Positions 1 to 48,635 of a DNA stretch of 48,635 nt are shown piece by piece; the first letter of the stretch is position 1, and each line of letters opens with the position of its first letter. The position numbers and the translations under genes are program-made. The stretch comes from Octopus sinensis (lineage: Eukaryota), in assembly GCF_006345805.1 (NCBI RefSeq), contig NW_021832438.1:1-48635 (forward strand), written 5' to 3'. The notes beneath the pieces were generated by a model. That model ran no database searches. It was given only the letters and a program-made list of their open reading frames with translations, and was not told the DNA's origin.

Positions 1-409
1 GTAATATTATCTCATGATAATCCCTGCCTAGTTCGTCTAACTTCACCCTATTTTGGTGATTACACTATTTTCCTTTCTAGGATGTTCTGCCCTACTCATC
101 ATATCATGTATAGTTGTTATGACTTTATGGAAGTAAGTCTCCTTTCGACTAAATCATATACCACCTACAAACTTTAAAATCATACATACAATAACACCTG
201 TAATATTATAACTTATGAAATCCTCTCGGTTTGAATGCCTTTAACCGCTCTCAATACTTCCATATCTATTACCCTCACTTTTCGGGTTACGTTCAACTTT
301 TCTCTGCCTCTAATTTTAATCCCCTGCCTCTTTATATGTAGGTTGTATGTATTTCTTATTATTTTCTCTAAATTCTTATTTTGTTTTCTTATTTTGATAT
401 CCTTACTTA

Positions 410-823
410 GGCGCAGGAGAGGCTGTGTGGTAAGGAGCTAGTTTACCAACCACATGGTTCCGGGTTCAGTCCCACTGCGTGTCACCTTGGGCAAGTGTCT
501 TTTACTATAGCCTCGGGCCGACCAAAGCTTTGTGAGTGGATTTGGTAGACGGAAACTGAAAGAAGCCCGTCGTATATATGTATATATATATATGCGTGTG
601 TGTGTTTGTGTGTCTGTGTTTGTCCCCCTAGCATTGCTTGACAACCGATGCTGGTGTGTTTATGTCCCCGTCACTTAGCGGTTCGGCAAAAGAGACCGAT
701 AGAATAAGTACTGGGCTTACAAAAGAATAAGTCCCGGGGTCGAATTGCTCGATTAAAAGTGGTGCTCCAGCTTGGCCGCAGTCAAATGACTGAAACAAGT
801 AAAAGAGTAAAGAGTAAAGAGTA
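410..823 (+). mobile_element. tRNA-derived SINE, full length, with internal (TA/TG)n and (AAAGAGT)n tail
   Basis: Pol III A/B-box-like head (tggtaag...ggttcagtccc); dispersed homologous pieces at 1976-2128, 14035-14270 and 47230-47390. Confidence 0.85.
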
Positions 824-1764
824 TTAACTTTTTTTCCTTCTTAACTTGATATTTTTCCGTTACTTAAGTCTATGCGAGAAATTAATACTATATCCGTATA
901 AGCGCATAAATATTTGTGTATGTGTTCATATGCATATGTATATGTGTGTGTATGTGTGTGTATGCCCACCCACAAACATATGTAAAAAAACCCTCTTTGT
1001 AGATGTATCTGCATGCATTTTTACACTTTTCTGATTCATGGCTTAAAATTAATAGACGGTATGCATATCTTTCTAGTTATTCCTTGAGCAGTCTTTATAG
1101 AAACCACCTAATAATTAATTAATTAAGTACATGAATGGATATTAAACGGATTCTATGTAATCTTCCTGTTTAATGTTTATAATTGACATATACACACCTT
1201 TTACCTATTTTGGTTTTATCATGTTTGGAATTCTTAAATCTTATTTTTATACAACATAACAATATTGTTTATAAACATTCCCTCATATTGCCCCTAATAG
1301 AATTTCCTCTGTAATAACATCCTAGGTTTCTTACTGTTTTGCCCCTGTAAATGGTAATTAACATCGTGATTTAAAGTCTACTCCTACCCTAACTCTTTTT
1401 ATAGACAGTTACTTATATCAAACTGACTACTCCTAATGTCATATTTCCTCCATGGAGAAAAGGGATACATATGATAATATTTATGACCATCCCTAGCCAT
1501 GAGCTGTCAACTCACTCCTGTCCTTTATTCAAAATAGACACAGTCTTCTAGTCTCAGAATTAGTAGTTGATAAAGAGATAAATGAATTAGAAACGAATTA
1601 CAACCCTATGACCCCACTATGCTCCATGTGATTCTTAGGAGTTGTAGTCTATTCTTAGATGCAACAGCGACAACATGAATTTCTTCCATCTTCTTACTCT
1701 GTTAAAATATATAAGAAAAATTATATTAATTTATCCTACTTGTTAAAATTCCATTTACTTATTT

Positions 1765-1826
1765 GTGCACCTGAAGATAGCACTACATTTAAATTGATGG
1801 AGCCCCTTGAAACGGTCGTACTGCAT
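1765..1826 (+). ncRNA. Degenerate hammerhead ribozyme-like motif
   Basis: CTGAAGA (1771) ... GAAAC GGTC GT A; stem I imperfect, stem II not convincingly paired. Confidence 0.25.
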
Positions 1827-1939
1827 TACTACTTGATATCCTGTTGCTTATTTTGATTTTATTCACCTTCGAGCTGTGCGGATACCGGACTGACTTGGTG
1901 CTTCAACTTAAGTACCTAATTGAATCTTAATTATTTCTA

Positions 1940-1975
<36 letters not shown>

Positions 1976-1977
<2 letters not shown>

Positions 1978-2128
1978 CAGATTTCTTTCAGTTTCTGTCT
2001 GCCAAATCCATTCGCAAAGCTTTGGTCGGTCCGACGCTATAGCAGAAGACACTTGCGCAAGGTGTCACACATTGGGACTGAACCCAGAACTATGTGGTTG
2101 GGAAGCAAGCTTCTTACCATACTGCCAT
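1976..2128 (-). mobile_element. SINE 5' half (same family as 410-823)
   Basis: Reverse-complement similarity to 413-570. Confidence 0.8.
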
Positions 2129-3090
2129 TAATAATAATTATTTTCTCTTAGTAAAAGTGCGAAAGAAATCAATATTACTGTTTATATAATTGTAGCTTAG
2201 TGGCAGTCTTTGTTACAATACTAACTCGAATTAAAAATACCCGGCAGTATTCAACTTCTGCGTTCGTGGTTCAAACACTGCCATTAGCAGAATTGACTAT
2301 TGTTTCTAGAATATGAAGCAATCATTTTGGTTGGCTCCGTTTATAATGGTGATGTCTGATGCTGAAACATTCAGATCATCAGAGATCAAATAGACTCCCG
2401 AGACGAGCGAGTGCATAACTTTCAAAGCATTGTAGGTCTACATCATTTAATAACTCATATTGAAACTTATTAGTCTTGATAAACCAGAAATTCTAACATT
2501 AAACAAGAATCTGTATACGATTCAGTGTAACAGGGACTTCCAGTTCTACAAGCTAATTAAATATTTAATATATAAAGAACGCCAAATTATATAATTTGCA
2601 ATATGTATTTACCCCTCTTAACGTTCTGTGAAAAAGTGTAGATTATTAAATTGTTGGGCTTATGACCGTAATGTTGTGGGTTCCGTTTCGGTGTGTCCTC
2701 AGCTGAGACAATTCTTTTCACGTTGACAGGGCCTATTCAGATGTAAAGGTGTTTGTCACAGATTGCCGTCTTGCAAAACTTTTGACCTAAAATCTTGCAA
2801 ATACAAGATGTCGACGGCCCTTGATGACTGCGACATACTGTGCAAGAGTTGAATTTTTTCTGTTACCGCGATCAAAAGAATTGAGGACAGCGATATACTT
2901 TGAGTAAATTCAGTCATTTTTTTCTGTCGTCTTACATGTAACCATGTACCAGTAGTAGCCATGATTGAGCAAACCTTTAACCAACGACATTCTGACCCTG
3001 ATCATCCCGTTGTTTTTATTCCAGACACTACAATTAGGACGCAATATTCTTAAACAGTAGGGATTTTGCAGTTGAAACGTAAGAAATAAG

Positions 3091-45632
<42,542 letters not shown>

Positions 45633-45957
45633 GTGAGTATATTTATTTCAAATCATTTTCAATGCAGTTGAAATGCTTTGAGAGTTCAATCTTTTATTTG
45701 TTCCAGTCGTTGAACTATGGCCATGCTGGGGCACCACCATCAAAGAGCTTTACTAGAACAGTTCTACGCTATTACTTACGTTTGATATTCATTCTAACTG
45801 AACCGAACAGCTTGGTGATGGGGAAACCAGCATCTGTTGATAAGCGGTGGTAGGTACAAATAAAAAGACACACACACACATACGTACACACACATATATT
45901 ATTCTTAAACAAGAATTTTTTTGACGTATGTCTCAGGAAGAGAATTTAAAGATTGTA

Positions 45958-46190
45958 GTTTTACAATCCTATAAATAATAATAATGGCATTTATATAAGC
46001 TTAAAGCTGATAGCGATCACCGTGCAATGACTAAGGAAAATAGCCCAATAATGGGGTATATAAGCCCTCGACAGAAAATGTAGGATTTCCCATCCTGTTT
46101 CTGTCAAGTTTAAGATCTATATTAAATAAATACATTATTATTATTTAAAGGATTGTAAAACTCGACACCGTATAACAAAACCATTCTTAC
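45958..46190. repeat. Second copy of the foldback element
   Basis: Inverted arms 45958-45986 and 46133-46161; spacer motifs tcaccgtgc and tataagccctcgacagaaaa are shared with 7015-7438. Confidence 0.75.
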
Positions 46191-46372
46191 AGCAAAAAAT
46201 ATATATATACAAGAGTTAAGGAATGGAACAGATAAGATGCTGATTACATATATTTCATAGCGAGTGTAACCTCAGAAGTGGTAAATATCGAAGTGAGGTG
46301 CGTACGACAGGCCAAGGACATCTTGATAAAATGAAAGTTTACTTTGTCGCAATACACACACACACACACACT

Positions 46373-46424
<52 letters not shown>

Positions 46425-46778
46425 ATAGAAAGTATGGTGGATAATTATATGTGGATGAATATATAACGAAAGAAACAAGATGAAAAAACACATTTCTTTT
46501 ACAAGACTGAAGAATATATTAGAATCATCATAGCAAAAGTATTATACAATAATGTACAAAATAAAATGTTTTTCTTTCTACATTATAACCGTTTCGCTAT
46601 GGCTTTTCAAATTTTGAGTTTTGGTTGCAATTCTAAATTAGAGGTTTTGTTTGCCCGGGGGATAATTTGTTACCAAGGTATTTTTCAGTAAAGGGGAGGT
46701 AAATCTGTAATTTTTAATATTGGCCTACATTTAGTTCTGGCTTATATCCTTCAATAGATGGGATACATCTTTAATTTT

Positions 46779-47098
46779 TCAGTATGGGCTTATATTTAAT
46801 TCTGTCTTATATTTTTTGATAAATGAGGCCACTTTATGTTTTCGTACTTGTGTTGAGGTCCAAAATGCAAATTAATATATAATGGGAAGGTTAGGAATTG
46901 TGGTTGCAGTTGTTTTGCACGTCTGTCAATGTGTTCAATGAGATATATCTAGCGATATTGTAGGGAAGATATCTGTTGTCTGTGGACTGTACATCTCCGT
47001 TTGACAGACATTCCTGTTGACCATATAGAGATTTTATAGCAGCCAAAGCATCTGATTACATAAATGAAGTTTTGAGAAGCGCAAGTGAAATTGGAGTT
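46779..47098 (-). mobile_element. Penelope-like element remnant (Neptune-type GIY-YIG)
   Basis: NFTCASQNFIYVIRCFGC...KRRCTVHRQQI...EHID...FIKKYKTELN; homologous to 12781-13460. Confidence 0.82.
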
Positions 47099-47114
47099 AT
47101 ATATATATATATAT

Positions 47115-47976
47115 ATACTTACCCGTTCACAAACGCACTGAAGCATATATCTACGAAGGTGTATGAATACCAACATATATACGCTTATATACACTGCTAC
47201 AATAACTCAAGCTATTGTGATACAATACATACTTAAAACAGGCATGGCTGCGTGGCTCGCCTTGCAATCACGTGGTTTCGAGTTCAATCCCATTGCGCCT
47301 GGGCAAGTGTCTATCAACATCTTCGGACCGGTTAATAGCTTTCTGAGTGAACTTGGCTGGAAGACACTCGTGGAAGCCCGTCTCACACACACAGACACAC
47401 ACACACACACAGACACACACACAGACACACACACACACACATGCCCGTACACACACACATGCCCGTACACACACACACGCACTCAACACGCTCGCACGCG
47501 CGCACACACATAATTATATTTGTATATGTTTGTATATATATGGATATTATATATATATAAATATGTATATAAATATGTATATAAAATTTGTATATATATG
47601 GATATTTATATATATATAAATATCCATATATATACAAACATATACAAATATAATTATGTGTGTGCGCGCGTGCGAGCGTGTTGAGTGTGTGTGTGTGTGT
47701 GTGTGTGAGACGGGCTTCCACGAGTGTCTTCCAGCCAAGTTCACTCAGAAAGCTATTAACCGGTCCGGAGATGTTGATAGACACTTGCCCAAGCGCAATG
47801 GGATTGAACTCGAAACCACGTGATTGCAAGGCGAGCCACGCAGCCATGCCTGTTTTAAGTATGTATTGTATCACAATAGCTTGAGTTATTGTAGCAGTGT
47901 ATATAAGCGTATATATGTTGGTATTCATACACCTTCGTAGATATATGCTTCAGTGCGTTTGTGAGCGTGTAAGTAT
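47115..47976. repeat. About 860-bp inverted duplication containing a SINE head and flanking sequence
   Basis: Arms about 47115-47547 and 47619-47976 are near-identical reverse complements apart from microsatellite length; the ORF track shows the same N-terminus on both strands. Confidence 0.9.
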
Positions 47977-48635
47977 TTGTTTGTGCTTAGGTATGCATCG
48001 TTGGGAAAATACGCGTTGTGACATGTAGCTTTTGTAGAAATATGTAGGTGCGTTTGTCTTTATGCAAAAGGTTATGTGTCTATAGTTTGCGTATGGAGTT
48101 TTCTACCTGGTTGGTGCATGAGTTCCAGTACCTATTAATAAGTGACTTGGAATGCATTTTCGGTGACGTTTTTATCACAGCATCGCCATTGCCACTACCA
48201 CTGACCAACTAATATTGGTCAAACTCAAGAGAATGGAGCACTGAATATTATATAATACGACAATACAAACTGGTAGCGAGCCGTTTTGGCTCGGCCCTTT
48301 TGGCACCTCATCTTAGCCGTTAATAATTCAGCGTTGACTCATTTGACATCAAACGATTTAATGCCTCGCTCCTTTTGTGAGCTTCTCATTAAGTTTACAT
48401 GTATGTGTTATGTCTCTGTTACATAATCCCCCTCTCTCTTTCTGTATGTAAATATTTCTGCGCGTGCATGTGTCACAAAAATAGGTTGAAACTCCAGTAA
48501 GTCGTGGCAAATCGTCAGCGACAAACAACCGCGCCACTTGTCTCATTTCGATTCAAAACAATGCATTTTGAGAATTGTTTTCTTTGGGCATCGAAGAATT
48601 GTGTTTCATAATTTCTAAGACTGTATAAATACAGC

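Noticed and set aside
2290-2392. Minus-strand CTGATGA...GAAAC AATA GTC hammerhead-like core
   Set aside because: Stem I does not pair and stem II is poor.
48170-48400. ttatcacag acceptor as the next CHS exon
   Set aside because: Phase-0 frame stops after 7 codons; no CHS-like sequence in any frame.

Overview
AT-rich, microsatellite-dense animal DNA. The SINE families and simple-repeat load look like Octopus/cephalopod DNA; that is an inference, not a database result. Almost the whole window is one + strand chitin synthase gene (GT2). I reconstructed 11 coding exons by hand with GT-AG sites and matching phases (3091/3430 to 45632, about 1058 codons). They carry KRWSQ, DxD, EDR, QRRRW and WGTR motifs, and the 3' end lies outside the window. 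One exon has an apparent 1-nt frameshift, and the start codon sits in a tandemly duplicated mini-exon. The introns are filled with mobile DNA: four Penelope-like (GIY-YIG) remnants, CR1/L2-, RTE-, R4/Dong- and Tx1-type LINE pieces, two mariners, a hAT MITE, two Helitron-type elements, a piggyBac relic and many SINEs. The most striking unannotated signal is a set of type I hammerhead ribozyme (HHR) motifs, folded by eye. Five have an intact core on the sense strand of the chitin synthase pre-mRNA, two sit on the antisense strand and several are degenerate. They include a perfect 460-bp palindrome with an HHR on each strand, an RT-less GIY-YIG element bracketed by inverted HHR-bearing repeats, and a tandem HHR pair whose stem III strands are mutually complementary.
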